Shown here: positions 44,248 through 54,206 of the stretch, in pieces
How the letters are laid out: each line of letters begins with the position of its first letter
Position numbering within the stretch: the first letter of the stretch is position 1
Source of the DNA: a virus
Lineage: Duplodnaviria; Caudoviricetes
DNA length: 56,635 bases
Direction: 5' to 3' (one strand)
Virus record (IMG/VR): IMGVR_UViG_3300034356_000821
Location: 1 to 56,635 of that record
The notes under the pieces: generated by a model
Databases searched by the model: none
The model's input: the letters and a program-made list of their open reading frames with translations, nothing else
Told to the model about the DNA's origin: nothing
Position numbers and translations under genes: made by a program

Positions 44248-44642
44248 ACTTTCTTTTTCCTTTCAAGTTTCTCTTGATCAGTTTTGATTTTATGGCAAGG
44301 CTTACAAAGCACCTGAAGATTCTTTATCTCACAGAACACACGATCAATGAAGTTGTCCCATGTAGTGAAGCCCTTCTTAGGGTCCACCACAGGACTGATG
44401 TGGTCAACCTGAACGTCTGTAGCCACGAAATATTTAGAACACTCAGCACACTTGTAATGCATTGCCTGCTTACCCGTCTTAGCATTCACCTTCCTGCCTA
44501 CGAAAGCTTCCTTCAAAGCCTTGTACTTGGGAGGCCAACGCCTTGACGCAGCACGTAAGGCAGAGGTCACGAAGCTTCTGAATCGTGCCTCTGTCCATTC
44601 ACCACCATTGCGTTCTTTAACGGTCACGAGGGACCGCTTCAA
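44244..44642 (-). CDS. HNH endonuclease
   Basis: CAEC...VDHI...NLQVLCKPCH. Confidence 0.9.
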   Translation of the reverse strand: MKRSLVTVKERNGGEWTEARFRSFVTSALRAASRRWPPKYKALKEAFVGRKVNAKTGKQAMHYKCAECSKYFVATDVQVDHISPVVDPKKGFTTWDNFIDRVFCEIKNLQVLCKPCHKIKTDQEKLERKKKV

Positions 44643-44808
44643 ACGCTATGTTGGTCATGTCGAGTTGGTCTTTGGTATCAACCAAAATGTTCTCAATGAT
44701 GCCACACACATCAGCAACGTCGAGAGCAACGAAGTAGTAGTGCTGATCCTCTCGCTCTTCAACACCAACAACAAAGCCATTTTCTGCCGTACTAATTGTC
44801 ACCCTCAT
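44617..44808 (-). CDS. Hypothetical protein
   Basis: ISTAENGFVV motif. Confidence 0.65.
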   Translation of the reverse strand: MRVTISTAENGFVVGVEEREDQHYYFVALDVADVCGIIENILVDTKDQLDMTNIAFEAVPRDR

Positions 44809-44981
44809 GTGAGTCCTTCTACGTCTACATTCCTGTAGCAAACGTCTTCAATGTTGAGTCGAGACAGCGCATATGTTACATGCTCTTTCAAGTCTTCAAC
44901 AAGCAAGTCTTCATGGGTGTAGATGCTGTCAAGTTCTGAGTTGTCTACTTCGGCAACAAAGGTCAGTGTAATCTTAGCCAT
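44805..44981 (-). CDS. Hypothetical protein
   Basis: AAGGA RBS; tight packing. Confidence 0.6.
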   Translation of the reverse strand: MAKITLTFVAEVDNSELDSIYTHEDLLVEDLKEHVTYALSRLNIEDVCYRNVDVEGLT

Positions 44982-45399
44982 TGTTTTTTCCTTCAAGTTC
45001 AATCAGCAGATCGATGTAATGCTTTGCTTTCTCAAGGTCAGCAATACCACCTTTGTCGCGCCAACGAGTGACATACTTGATGACGTTGCCTTCAAAGTAG
45101 CCAATCTTGTTGGTGTGGATGTACTCAACAGGTTGAATACCATGCTTCTTGTAATGATCACCAGAAACCTGCACAGCCAAAGCATTGAAGGCTACATCCT
45201 TCGGGTCATACTTAGGTGGTGGAATGACTCGTTGTGCCATAGCTTCACCGTGGTTGTCAATGTTCTTGAACACATCAACGGCTACCCACTTGGTGTACAT
45301 GTCTTTACCACCCACTGAGTTTGCACAGCAACTATCACAAGGCTCAGCACCAGCAGGGTAGTCTCCATAAAAACAGTTCTCACAGTTCTTATCTATCAC
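44974..45399 (-). CDS. DUF3310 (T7 gp1.7-like nucleotide kinase) with N-terminal Cys motif
   Basis: QVSGDHY, GNVIKYVTRWRDKGG..DLEKAKHY. Confidence 0.88.
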   Translation of the reverse strand: MIDKNCENCFYGDYPAGAEPCDSCCANSVGGKDMYTKWVAVDVFKNIDNHGEAMAQRVIPPPKYDPKDVAFNALAVQVSGDHYKKHGIQPVEYIHTNKIGYFEGNVIKYVTRWRDKGGIADLEKAKHYIDLLIELEGKNNG

Positions 45400-45737
45400 T
45401 GCACACCCCCAATCGTTTTCGTATATTTAGACAATACAAACTCCGCATCCTTGACATCATCAAGTTCTTCAAAAGCAGACTGGTTGTATTGCTCTTTCAC
45501 CTTGTCGAGGAAGCGAGCAGCGAGAGCAGGGTCTTCATCAATGAGTTGAACAGATGTTGCAATCACCATAGCAATATGAACAAGACTACCGAAGTCTTCT
45601 TCACTCATCGTGACAGGACCAACACCACTAATCATCACTTGAAAATTCCCGTCCCACTTCTCACCTTCTTTGTAATGAGGACGTATCACAAGAGCTACAT
45701 CGTTTGGTTTCAGTTTGTTAAGTCTGGTGGCTTCCAT
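45396..45737 (-). CDS. Hypothetical protein
   Basis: 113 aa in the replication operon. Confidence 0.7.
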   Translation of the reverse strand: MEATRLNKLKPNDVALVIRPHYKEGEKWDGNFQVMISGVGPVTMSEEDFGSLVHIAMVIATSVQLIDEDPALAARFLDKVKEQYNQSAFEELDDVKDAEFVLSKYTKTIGGVQ

Positions 45738-46408
45738 ATTTGACCTTCATGTCTACGTAGAAAAAGTAGATGTGCGTTCTCTATGACACGTTCTTCAACA
45801 CCGTCATAGGCTTCAACACACCGCTGATACATCTCACATTCATCAATGGCATCTTCCAATATCTTCTCAGCTTTCACTGGTCCAATACCTCTTAGGCCGA
45901 TGATGTTGTCTGCACTATCCCCTGTCAAGATTTGCATGTACAGTTTATGCACAGCTTCTTCAGGTGTAATGTAGTAGGCAATTTTCTTGATGAAGTTGTA
46001 GTGCCATCCCACCACCTGATCTAAGTCTTTGTCCAAGGAAACAATGACACCCTCGTCACCAAGGGTTGTAGCATCTGTGGCAATGGCATCATCTGCCTCA
46101 ATACCATCATAGACAACAGCGCCCCACTGGTCAATCAGGTGTTGTCTCACCGCAGCTAGATGCTTAGGTTTAACCTTGTCCACTCTGTTGCCCTTGTAAG
46201 GCGCTGTCACAGCTATGTTGTATCTAAAGTTGTTCTTACCTGTGAGGTAGAGTTTCCATGAATCAACATAGCCACATTTGTCTACACCGCACATGAGAGT
46301 GTTGATGATGAGAGAGTCTACAGACCGTATAGCCTGTAGCTCATCCTCGTTCTCACATGCTGCTGCGGCTCGGTATGCATAAATGTCCGAGTCCAGAAGC
46401 GCTATCAT
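45710..46408 (-). CDS. 5'-3' exonuclease (T7 gp6-like)
   Basis: DSDIYAY, YKGNR, EADD, DKDL, GDSADNIIG..GIG. Confidence 0.92.
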   Translation of the reverse strand: MIALLDSDIYAYRAAAACENEDELQAIRSVDSLIINTLMCGVDKCGYVDSWKLYLTGKNNFRYNIAVTAPYKGNRVDKVKPKHLAAVRQHLIDQWGAVVYDGIEADDAIATDATTLGDEGVIVSLDKDLDQVVGWHYNFIKKIAYYITPEEAVHKLYMQILTGDSADNIIGLRGIGPVKAEKILEDAIDECEMYQRCVEAYDGVEERVIENAHLLFLRRHEGQIWKPPDLTN

Positions 46409-46569
46409 CAGTCTGCAACAACAGCTTCTTCAGCTTGTGCTGGAGCCTGTGCAGCTTGGAATTGCTGAACAAGTTTCTGATGCAGTGGGAATGCACCAGA
46501 TTCTGTTGGTAGTTGTCCAAGTACACGGACAATGAAAGCGGCTTCGTTTGTGTCAATTGTGAAATTCAT
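46408..46569 (-). CDS. Hypothetical 53-aa protein
   Basis: Read manually; 1-nt overlaps on both sides. Confidence 0.6.
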   Translation of the reverse strand: MNFTIDTNEAAFIVRVLGQLPTESGAFPLHQKLVQQFQAAQAPAQAEEAVVAD

Positions 46570-46982
46570 TACAGTACATCCTCATCATCAGCAGAAATAC
46601 GACCACCACCGTCTGCATAGGCTACCAAGTCAGTGACAACCAGCTTAGCCAATGAAGGGCTGACACCCTTCTTGTTCTTGTACGTCCATGCGTAGCTACC
46701 GATCATACAGACAGCCTTGCTTCCGTTGCCAATGTCTTCAACGATTTCATCGTTGTCAGTATCAAAAGCTTTGATGGGACGCTGGCTCTTGCAGGTAATG
46801 TACTTGCCCTGCTCAGGCTTCCTATCAAGGTTCTCTTGCACAGAGATGCCCATGTCTTCCAGTGCAGCCACTGCTTTGTCAGACAGGTTACACAGATCAA
46901 TTGTGTAAGCATCAGCCATTTCATTCTTACGATTTAACGAAGCCCAGTAAACTGTAGCTTTGAGTTTCAACTTGTCACTCAT
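46569..46982 (-). CDS. Single-stranded DNA-binding protein (gp2.5-like)
   Basis: IGNGS motif; acidic tail DDEDVL; strong RBS. Confidence 0.85.
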   Translation of the reverse strand: MSDKLKLKATVYWASLNRKNEMADAYTIDLCNLSDKAVAALEDMGISVQENLDRKPEQGKYITCKSQRPIKAFDTDNDEIVEDIGNGSKAVCMIGSYAWTYKNKKGVSPSLAKLVVTDLVAYADGGGRISADDEDVL

Positions 46983-47004
46983 TTGAGTTTCCTTTGATTT
47001 AAAT

Positions 47005-47036
47005 GCTGACCAATTTAACAGGGGTCAGCTTCCTGC
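47005..47036 (-). promoter_or_regulatory. H-type pseudoknot upstream of the SSB gene
   Basis: CAGG/CCTG crosses GCTGACC/GGTCAGC. Confidence 0.6.
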
Positions 47037-47042
47037 ATCTCG

Positions 47043-49109
47043 TCATTGTATCACTAGCTTTGCAGCAGCGTCAATGTAGTATTGGTAGTCAACGTCTTTC
47101 CATGTGAAGTCATTGACATCATTACATGTCCACATACCGTAGCCTTCACCAATCGATATGCGTCTAGGTTCTGCTTCTTCCTTGATTGGTGGCATCACCT
47201 TAACCAACTCACCACCAGCACTGCATGCGTAGTAGCGACACGTATTCTGTTGCTTAATATGTACATTGTCAACAATGAGAAACAGACCACTGCTACGTGG
47301 CACCTTCACTCTAAGCATAAAGTCATACTTGTTCTTGTGACCCTTGATGTATGTGTCAAGAGAGATGCCATGAAGCATTGCAGCTTCAGCAGCCTTTGGT
47401 ATCACCAACCCACCCTGATCTTGATGCCAGCCTAAGTCTTCATACTGGTACGCACCCTTACGCTTCACCTTACCGTCTGTATATACAGCGATGTAGTTGT
47501 TCACGTCACGAATAATCATCTTGGAATACTCAGCATACTCAAGCTGCAAACCAACTTGCTTCTGCCATGCGTCACAAACTCTGTCGTACTGGTCGCGCTT
47601 ACTACGTGGCAGCTTCACAGTGATACCGTCTGTATTAACCTGCACAATGGACAAACCTTCAATGTCCATTAGCTTCTCAGCCAACAGGCACAGGCTAAGC
47701 TGACCATTAATGGTGATCGCCATCGTGTACTGAGGGTCGTAGAAGGGGCTGTACTTGTTGTTGCTATCACCGTATACACCGTTCAACGCAAGCTTCAGCA
47801 TGGCGTTCTCAGCGCTGCCCTTGGGGTAGCTCTTACGCTGCTCGTACACGTCTTGATAGATGTCACAGAACTTCTCAGACAAATGCTCAGGATAGATACG
47901 GTTGGCAATGGCAATGTTGGGATACATGGATGCCACGTCAGCATCAACAATCATGCGCGTGTCGCTGTCACTGACGATGGTGCTCTCAACAGACCCGTGA
48001 ATACCACCAGTGCCGAAGTCGAAACGAAAGCCACCGATTGTCACGTTCAAGTTGGTAGCAACTTTCCAGTTCTTCCAATAGCTGTACTGCTTCTCACCCT
48101 TCTTCTTAGCTTTCAGTTCCTCTTCAGACACCCACCCCATAGGATGCAATGCTTTGAAGCCAGCAATAACATCATCGCTTGGTTTGTTGAACCACTTCTG
48201 ACGCTTCGTCACCATCTCAGCATAGGCAGCTAAGTCACCAAGGTCGTCCTCTTCAATGTCAGACAATGCACCTTTTGTTTCTGTCAAAGACTGTGCAGCA
48301 AACCACTCCAGCACTAGCTGAAACTCAGGACGCAGAAAGTCGTAGTAGTTGAACAGACAATCTTTGATGTGAATAACTTCACGCCTAGTCTGATTAATGT
48401 GACGCTCACCCTTCTTACCAATACGATAGCAACTACCGGGCATGTTCTCTTCAAGCTTCATGATGAAGTAGTCTTTGCCGATCTTTGTATCGTTGTGGTT
48501 GAGAAAGTTGCGATTGTATTTAACAGACAACTCTTCACGAAACGTTATCTGTGATAAGCATTCTTTGTAGAACAACAACGTCATCTTCACATCATGCATG
48601 TTGTATTTTAACAACACATCTATCTGGTCATCGGTTAGGTCACTGTGTGGGTCGTATGGCAGGTCAACAATGCTGTCAGCTTTCATGTTGAACTCAAGCG
48701 CCTTCAACGATGTAGCCCTTGCAGGATTGTCGAAGTGCATGATTTTGTACAGGTCAATCTGCTGCACATACTGTGACTTGTCATGGATGATGTGACCAAA
48801 CCTGTCATCGCTACCGATGATGGACTGTGCCTTCTTGTACACCCGTGTAGCCACAGCCTTACCAGATACAGTGAGGGCTTTGTCAGATACAGAGATGAGG
48901 TCATGCAACACAGGGTAGTCAAAGCCTATGTTGTTGTACCCCACCATCCTGTGCTTCTTACGCTTGAGTTCCCCGAGGAAACTAAAAAGTTGCTCAGCTT
49001 CATTCTTTCGCTGTGAACATTCAAACGCTACAGCATGCGACTCATCAACGCTAATCGCTGAGAACGTGAACGCTGTCTTGTATGTCTCTATGTCCCATAC
49101 GTAGTCCAT
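47043..49109 (-). CDS. DNA polymerase family B with 3'-5' exonuclease
   Basis: DIET and YNNIGFD exonuclease motifs; DVASMYP, KLALNGVYG, NTDG polymerase motifs. Confidence 0.9.
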   Translation of the reverse strand: MDYVWDIETYKTAFTFSAISVDESHAVAFECSQRKNEAEQLFSFLGELKRKKHRMVGYNNIGFDYPVLHDLISVSDKALTVSGKAVATRVYKKAQSIIGSDDRFGHIIHDKSQYVQQIDLYKIMHFDNPARATSLKALEFNMKADSIVDLPYDPHSDLTDDQIDVLLKYNMHDVKMTLLFYKECLSQITFREELSVKYNRNFLNHNDTKIGKDYFIMKLEENMPGSCYRIGKKGERHINQTRREVIHIKDCLFNYYDFLRPEFQLVLEWFAAQSLTETKGALSDIEEDDLGDLAAYAEMVTKRQKWFNKPSDDVIAGFKALHPMGWVSEEELKAKKKGEKQYSYWKNWKVATNLNVTIGGFRFDFGTGGIHGSVESTIVSDSDTRMIVDADVASMYPNIAIANRIYPEHLSEKFCDIYQDVYEQRKSYPKGSAENAMLKLALNGVYGDSNNKYSPFYDPQYTMAITINGQLSLCLLAEKLMDIEGLSIVQVNTDGITVKLPRSKRDQYDRVCDAWQKQVGLQLEYAEYSKMIIRDVNNYIAVYTDGKVKRKGAYQYEDLGWHQDQGGLVIPKAAEAAMLHGISLDTYIKGHKNKYDFMLRVKVPRSSGLFLIVDNVHIKQQNTCRYYACSAGGELVKVMPPIKEEAEPRRISIGEGYGMWTCNDVNDFTWKDVDYQYYIDAAAKLVIQ

Positions 49110-49512
49110 CTTTCTTTTCCTTCTTTGGTTTGGGAAACAGTCTATCACGATACGCTCTCATCAGTGATGCACTCACATTCTGAATGGCGTATGCTTCTAT
49201 CTCGTTGCCGGGGTTGTCTTCACCAATGTATCTAAAGTATTCCTGCACCACATGCACAGCCTCATGTACTAACAATGTTGCAACGTCGATACCATCAGTC
49301 TGAGGTGTAACAGGGATGCAAACAATGCTCACTCTGTTGCCCTTCGGTGTGTTGAAATAGTGCGTGGTTGCTAATGATTCATGAATAAGCCATCTGTCCC
49401 ACTCATGTATAGGAACCTTCAAATATCTCAGTGTGCGATAGTAGTCTGACTCAGTGGTACAGACTTTTAAGAAATCACCTTCGATTAGGCAACGGTTTAA
49501 CCATGTAGTCAT
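49051..49512 (-). CDS. HExxH zincin-like protein
   Basis: LLVHEAVH...EIEAY. Confidence 0.75.
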   Translation of the reverse strand: MTTWLNRCLIEGDFLKVCTTESDYYRTLRYLKVPIHEWDRWLIHESLATTHYFNTPKGNRVSIVCIPVTPQTDGIDVATLLVHEAVHVVQEYFRYIGEDNPGNEIEAYAIQNVSASLMRAYRDRLFPKPKKEKKDGLRMGHRDIQDSVHVLSD

Positions 49513-49657
49513 GTGCCGCCATACTCACGGCTAAGAATGTGTTGGTCATATACATCAAGCTCCTGTTCAACATCTGCAAGCTCAGCATAAAGCTTAGCCA
49601 GTGTTGTGTCACCTTTGATGTAGGCATCACGCTCAAGTTCTGCATAGGTTTTCATGG

Positions 49658-50131
49658 TTAATCCCAAAGGCTTTGAAAGAAAATACCGAACAGCTTAGTG
49701 CCGTTGGCGATACGTTCGTGATGTTTCTGAAGACCAGCACGGTCACACAAGATAGCATCAATCTGCTCCATAAGTTCAGCTTCTTTGTTCACATTAGACA
49801 TGTCATAGAACAGGTCTTCATTGTCATGATCAACGATCTGTTCCATCGCCCAAATCATTTCATCAAGTACATATTCCCATCGTTCAAAGTGGTTGTTGTC
49901 AACATCCCACTCATGCTCTTTAGGTGGTGCTGCTGTAGAGCGAAGATGTTCTGGTACATACTCGTCATCAACTAACGGAGCACCATGCTTCGTAGCCTTC
50001 AACTGCTTGAGCATAGGCACGATGAGTAGCGCTAACGTGTGGTCCATACTCCATGTGTCATGCTCTTCAATGGTGATGTCAACTTGACGTGGAGTGTCGT
50101 CTTCTACATAGGGTCCGATAATTACTTTCAT
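49658..50131 (-). CDS. Conserved phage protein (DTWSMDHTLA family)
   Basis: DTWSMD, HGAP, LDEMIWA, LWD motifs. Confidence 0.8.
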   Translation of the reverse strand: MKVIIGPYVEDDTPRQVDITIEEHDTWSMDHTLALLIVPMLKQLKATKHGAPLVDDEYVPEHLRSTAAPPKEHEWDVDNNHFERWEYVLDEMIWAMEQIVDHDNEDLFYDMSNVNKEAELMEQIDAILCDRAGLQKHHERIANGTKLFGIFFQSLWD

Positions 50132-50281
50132 GTCAGTTCCTTTCGTGGTTGTTTAAAATTTGAAGGATGATGTTGATCGACTGCATCAACATCATCTGCT
50201 CCATTGGGTCAAGCTGGTGATAGCTAGGTTGTGGCGTAGGCCACTTCTTAATGATGGCGTTCCAGTATTGTTCTACTTCGC

Positions 50282-51883
50282 TCATAAAACATCCTGTTCT
50301 ACTTCGGTCTGGAACATTCTACCTGTCTCTTTGTTGTACAGCAAGTGACAAGCTGGACCAGTGACACCACTATAGCGGTTCTTTAAAACCCTGACATGTG
50401 TGGTGTTGCGCTCAGTCAAGTCTTCAGCTTGACCATTACGCTCCAGACCAATCACCATGTCGCTAAGCTGTGCAATGGATGCTGACCCACGAAGCTGAGC
50501 CAGTGATGTAGCAGCACCTTCTTCATGGCCCTTGTCAGACGGACGCTTCAAGTGGCTGACCAAGATGAGAGCGATGTTGGTTTCTTGCACCAGCATACGC
50601 AGCTTAGTCATCACTTCGTCCAAGGCTTTGCGTTCGTCACCACTCTCTTGACTTGAGATGATGATGGACAAGTGGTCAAGGAAGATGTAATTACATGACA
50701 TACCTTTTGCCAGATAGCGAACACGGTTGACAATGTTTTCAATGCTGGTCGATCCGAAGTGGTCGAACAGGTACAATCTACCAGTGCCAAGCGTTGCATC
50801 GAAAGCGTTCTTGCGTTCTTCATCAGACACAACAGCATCGGGTAGGTGTAGTGGTGCATTGGCAGCAAGCGACATCATAGACAGTGCAGTCTTACGAACA
50901 CTTTCTTCCAAGAACATCAAGCCGATGTTGTCTGGTGTGTTCTGAATCAAATGCCACACCAACTCACGCAACACCTGAGACTTACCCAACCCTGAGCCTG
51001 CTGTGATGGTGACAAGTTCACCGAGTCGGATGCCATAGGTTAGTTCGTTCAACCCATCCCACGGATACTTGCAATCAGCAGGTGCCATTGGTGTAGATAC
51101 CATGTCCCACAAAGTGCTACCTGAAACAATACCGTCTGGAACAAACTGCTCAGCCCTCCACCAACGGTCAACAAACTGTGCTTCCTTACTTGCTGACAAC
51201 CAATCACATGCATCCTTCAACTCAGGCATGGGCTTGAATATCTTGCACTTGCTACCGAACAACTCAGCCACTTCCTTTGCAGCCTTGATGCCGGGTTCAT
51301 CACCATCAAAGCAAACAACAATGGTTTCAAAGCTGTTGATGTATTCGTAGTTGGCTTTGCAATCTTTCAATGCTGAAGCTGCACCATTCCTGATCGACAC
51401 CACAGGCCATTTCGATCCTGTCATTTGGAATGCAGCCAGTGCATCGAACTCGCCTTCAGTGATGGTTAGATATTTACCACCGGACGGGAACAGGTTCTGC
51501 CCATACAGTGTTGCAGCTTTCCAGTTGCCAATAGCGCTGAAGTCTTTGCGGTCTACAGGTCGGACCTTTGCTGCCACCAGCACAGAGTCTTTGTCGTAGT
51601 AGGGGAAATAGTATTTGCCATTGTCACGGACAGTGCCATACTTCTCCATCGTTGTTTTGGTGATGCGTCTTTCTGACACAGACACTGGCACACCTGTGTT
51701 GAAAGCTTTGATGAAGCTTGTGTCAGACACTGCTGGTGTAATGGGTTCGATCACAATTATTCCTTCTGTACCGGGGGTTAGTGTTGAACAGACAAAGCAG
51801 TAGGCACTACCGTCTGCATTGATTGATGCACCATCACTGCTACCACAAGCAGGACAGGCAACGTGAGTGCGAATGAAACTCAT
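50282..51883 (-). CDS. T7 gp4-like primase-helicase
   Basis: Zn finger CPACGSSD..CFVC; TOPRIM EGEFDA and FDGD; GSGLGKS; DHL; LRGS. Confidence 0.95.
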   Translation of the reverse strand: MSFIRTHVACPACGSSDGASINADGSAYCFVCSTLTPGTEGIIVIEPITPAVSDTSFIKAFNTGVPVSVSERRITKTTMEKYGTVRDNGKYYFPYYDKDSVLVAAKVRPVDRKDFSAIGNWKAATLYGQNLFPSGGKYLTITEGEFDALAAFQMTGSKWPVVSIRNGAASALKDCKANYEYINSFETIVVCFDGDEPGIKAAKEVAELFGSKCKIFKPMPELKDACDWLSASKEAQFVDRWWRAEQFVPDGIVSGSTLWDMVSTPMAPADCKYPWDGLNELTYGIRLGELVTITAGSGLGKSQVLRELVWHLIQNTPDNIGLMFLEESVRKTALSMMSLAANAPLHLPDAVVSDEERKNAFDATLGTGRLYLFDHFGSTSIENIVNRVRYLAKGMSCNYIFLDHLSIIISSQESGDERKALDEVMTKLRMLVQETNIALILVSHLKRPSDKGHEEGAATSLAQLRGSASIAQLSDMVIGLERNGQAEDLTERNTTHVRVLKNRYSGVTGPACHLLYNKETGRMFQTEVEQDVL

Positions 51884-52134
51884 TTAGTTCCAGCCTTACT
51901 AAACATATGGAAGCGCTTGGCATGCAGCAAAGCCTCGTCACGTTCTTTGTTGAGGCCGTAGATTGTGCCCATGTCGGTGCCTTCATCACGCTTACGCTTG
52001 ACCACCTCTGTGCTAATTTGTGATGCTGTCTTACCTGACTGCTTAGCCTTGAACGTGGAGTCTTCAGCGAACATGGACGGGCGGGGATGTTGTTGCCAAT
52101 GAAACGGTGACAAGGGGTGGCAGTTGCAGGTCAT
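51880..52134 (-). CDS. Hypothetical protein
   Basis: 4-nt overlaps on both sides. Confidence 0.65.
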   Translation of the reverse strand: MTCNCHPLSPFHWQQHPRPSMFAEDSTFKAKQSGKTASQISTEVVKRKRDEGTDMGTIYGLNKERDEALLHAKRFHMFSKAGTK

Positions 52135-52775
52135 TGTTGTTCCCTAAAGAAAGCAGACATAGTAACAGGTGCAACATCACGCAACACAGCCAGCACATCC
52201 TGTGCCACCAACCTGTGTTCCTTCTGTGTGGATGGGTCGAGTCGTGCTTGCAAGAATGTAATCCAGCTACGCATAGTGCCGTTGACGTACAGCTTAGATG
52301 GTGTCAACCCTTCAGGCAACAAAGCACGAGCTTGCTCTTTGGCAATGCCACGCTTCAATGCTTCGCTGTACAAATACTCAGCCTCACCAACCATCCTAGC
52401 CTGTGCTGCTGCCCACCATATGGTGAGGTCAAAGTCGTCTGTCTCTAAAGAGTTCTGCCGATTCTTGTTGTCTTGCATTCGGCATTCTCGAATAGCGAAT
52501 TCACCAAGCTGTGTAGCGTCAGCATATCGCTGGCTAAACTCTTGAAAGCTAAAGCTTCTGTGTCGCAATAGTTGTCGTGCAATGTCGCGGGTGGTTGACA
52601 CTTCGATACACGCACTAGCCATTTCAAACACAGACCAGTGAGCATTCTTTGCACAATAACTTAGCAGCCCTGCCACGTTGGGGTTGTCTTGGTTGCCGGG
52701 GTTGCTGACACGGGCGCAATAGCCGATGTGTTTGTCAGCATCTGGTGTTGCCCAAATAAGTTTTGCTGTTGTCAT
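52131..52775 (-). CDS. thyX: Flavin-dependent thymidylate synthase
   Basis: HWSVFE; RHRSFSFQEFSQRY signature. Confidence 0.95.
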   Translation of the reverse strand: MTTAKLIWATPDADKHIGYCARVSNPGNQDNPNVAGLLSYCAKNAHWSVFEMASACIEVSTTRDIARQLLRHRSFSFQEFSQRYADATQLGEFAIRECRMQDNKNRQNSLETDDFDLTIWWAAAQARMVGEAEYLYSEALKRGIAKEQARALLPEGLTPSKLYVNGTMRSWITFLQARLDPSTQKEHRLVAQDVLAVLRDVAPVTMSAFFREQQ

Positions 52776-52921
52776 AGTTTCATTGCCTCCATAGTTAGTC
52801 CGATGTTACCAATGGCATAGCCAACAAAGGCTAAGCCAAGTCCTGTGTTGCCTTTAAGCAACAGATCAATTGCAATGACGGTGTACACAACACCTATAGT
52901 TGCTATAAGCCAAGCGCTCAT
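52772..52921 (-). CDS. Small two-TM membrane protein
   Basis: Read manually; ATGA overlaps. Confidence 0.65.
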   Translation of the reverse strand: MSAWLIATIGVVYTVIAIDLLLKGNTGLGLAFVGYAIGNIGLTMEAMKL

Positions 52922-54006
52922 ACCATTCCTCTCATGTTCTGTGCCACTGTAGCACTCTTCAATGTGTGTTTGACATACGGTGTAAGGCTATGCACTGTGG
53001 CATGACCACTCAGAGCCATGACGTTTGTGAGAGCTACACCAACTTCAACCATCTCTGTGATAGCTGTTCTACGCAAGTCCATTAGCTGAAGTTCATCAGG
53101 CAGTCCAGCTTCCTGCATCACCACCTTACCCGCCTTGCTCAACTGCTGCAAGCTGTAGGGCTTGGGTGTGTTCTTCGTTGAAGCTGGCATTATAAATGGT
53201 TGCCATGACAGGTCAACGTGTTGTTGCTTCAGCATCTCTTGCAAATCTTTTGGTAGCGGTATAGCCACCCTTGCCCTACGTTTGCTCTGCTCCAACGACA
53301 ACACCCCTGTGTTGATGTCATAGCTGTCCCATGTCAGCATACGCATGTCACCAAGTCGTTGCGCTGCACAGTAGGCTGTGTACACAATGAGTCCAATGCT
53401 TCGCCATTCATACTTGCTAAATGCTGTAGCCATGAAAGCTTTGATGTGTTCCTTCGTCCACACTGTGCGGCGTGGTCGGTCTGTCTGTCGCTTGACGTTG
53501 GTGAAGGGATTGAATGTACAGAATCCATTACGTATAGCATAGCTAAACAACAGACGATACACAGCCAATGAATGATTGGCTAAGCTAACACTGTTGCCAG
53601 CATGAGTGTCATAGATTTGTTGGCACATCGGTGTTGTCAAACTGCCAAGCCTCGTGTGCAACAACACCTGCCCTGCTGTGCGATCTTGATACCATTGCTT
53701 GAGATAGTAGGCATAGTCTGAACGTGTCTTGATACCAAGCCTGCTATGTTCAAGACTGTTGACATAGCTCTTGGTCAAGTCGTTGACGGTTGACTTGTCT
53801 GTCAAGTGTTTGAGGTAGCGGTGATGCTGCCTCCACTCGTCCATCAACTCGTTCTGTTCGTTGCAATAGTTGATGGCTTCAACAAGGTTGGTGCCTATCT
53901 TGATGCGCTTGACAATGTTGGCTTCGACAGCATCAGCGGGTGGGTTGTATCGGTAGTAGGCAACACCATCATTGTCAACACGCTGCATGTAACGGGCTAG
54001 GTTCAT
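52918..54006 (-). CDS. Tyrosine recombinase / integrase
   Basis: QRLGD, QSK, DLRRT, SGH, PY catalytic motifs. Confidence 0.88.
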   Translation of the reverse strand: MNLARYMQRVDNDGVAYYRYNPPADAVEANIVKRIKIGTNLVEAINYCNEQNELMDEWRQHHRYLKHLTDKSTVNDLTKSYVNSLEHSRLGIKTRSDYAYYLKQWYQDRTAGQVLLHTRLGSLTTPMCQQIYDTHAGNSVSLANHSLAVYRLLFSYAIRNGFCTFNPFTNVKRQTDRPRRTVWTKEHIKAFMATAFSKYEWRSIGLIVYTAYCAAQRLGDMRMLTWDSYDINTGVLSLEQSKRRARVAIPLPKDLQEMLKQQHVDLSWQPFIMPASTKNTPKPYSLQQLSKAGKVVMQEAGLPDELQLMDLRRTAITEMVEVGVALTNVMALSGHATVHSLTPYVKHTLKSATVAQNMRGMV

Positions 54007-54206
54007 TTAGTTTCCTCTTTAGGTTTCTTAGGCAATGGTGCCCAATGTGTCCAATACTTATCGTCACTACGCAACTCACCATACACAGCAACACCATGCA
54101 CACTCAGTAGCTGCACCTTCGCAGACCTTGGGCATGTTGCAATGGGTTGCCAATAGTATTCTGTATCGACAACGGCTGTGCCATCTCTGGTTAGTCTAAC
54201 TGTCAT
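54003..54206 (-). CDS. DUF551-like small protein
   Basis: WQPIATCP...THWAPLP. Confidence 0.75.
   Translation of the reverse strand: MTVRLTRDGTAVVDTEYYWQPIATCPRSAKVQLLSVHGVAVYGELRSDDKYWTHWAPLPKKPKEETK

Noticed and set aside
46606-46620. YADGG in the SSB as a GG tag
   Set aside because: gp2.5-type SSBs normally have an aromatic-Gly-rich linker before the acidic tail; treated as a probable chance match
41157-49109. Inteins or introns in nrdA and the polymerase
   Set aside because: Lengths are compact and motifs contiguous; no splice motifs seen
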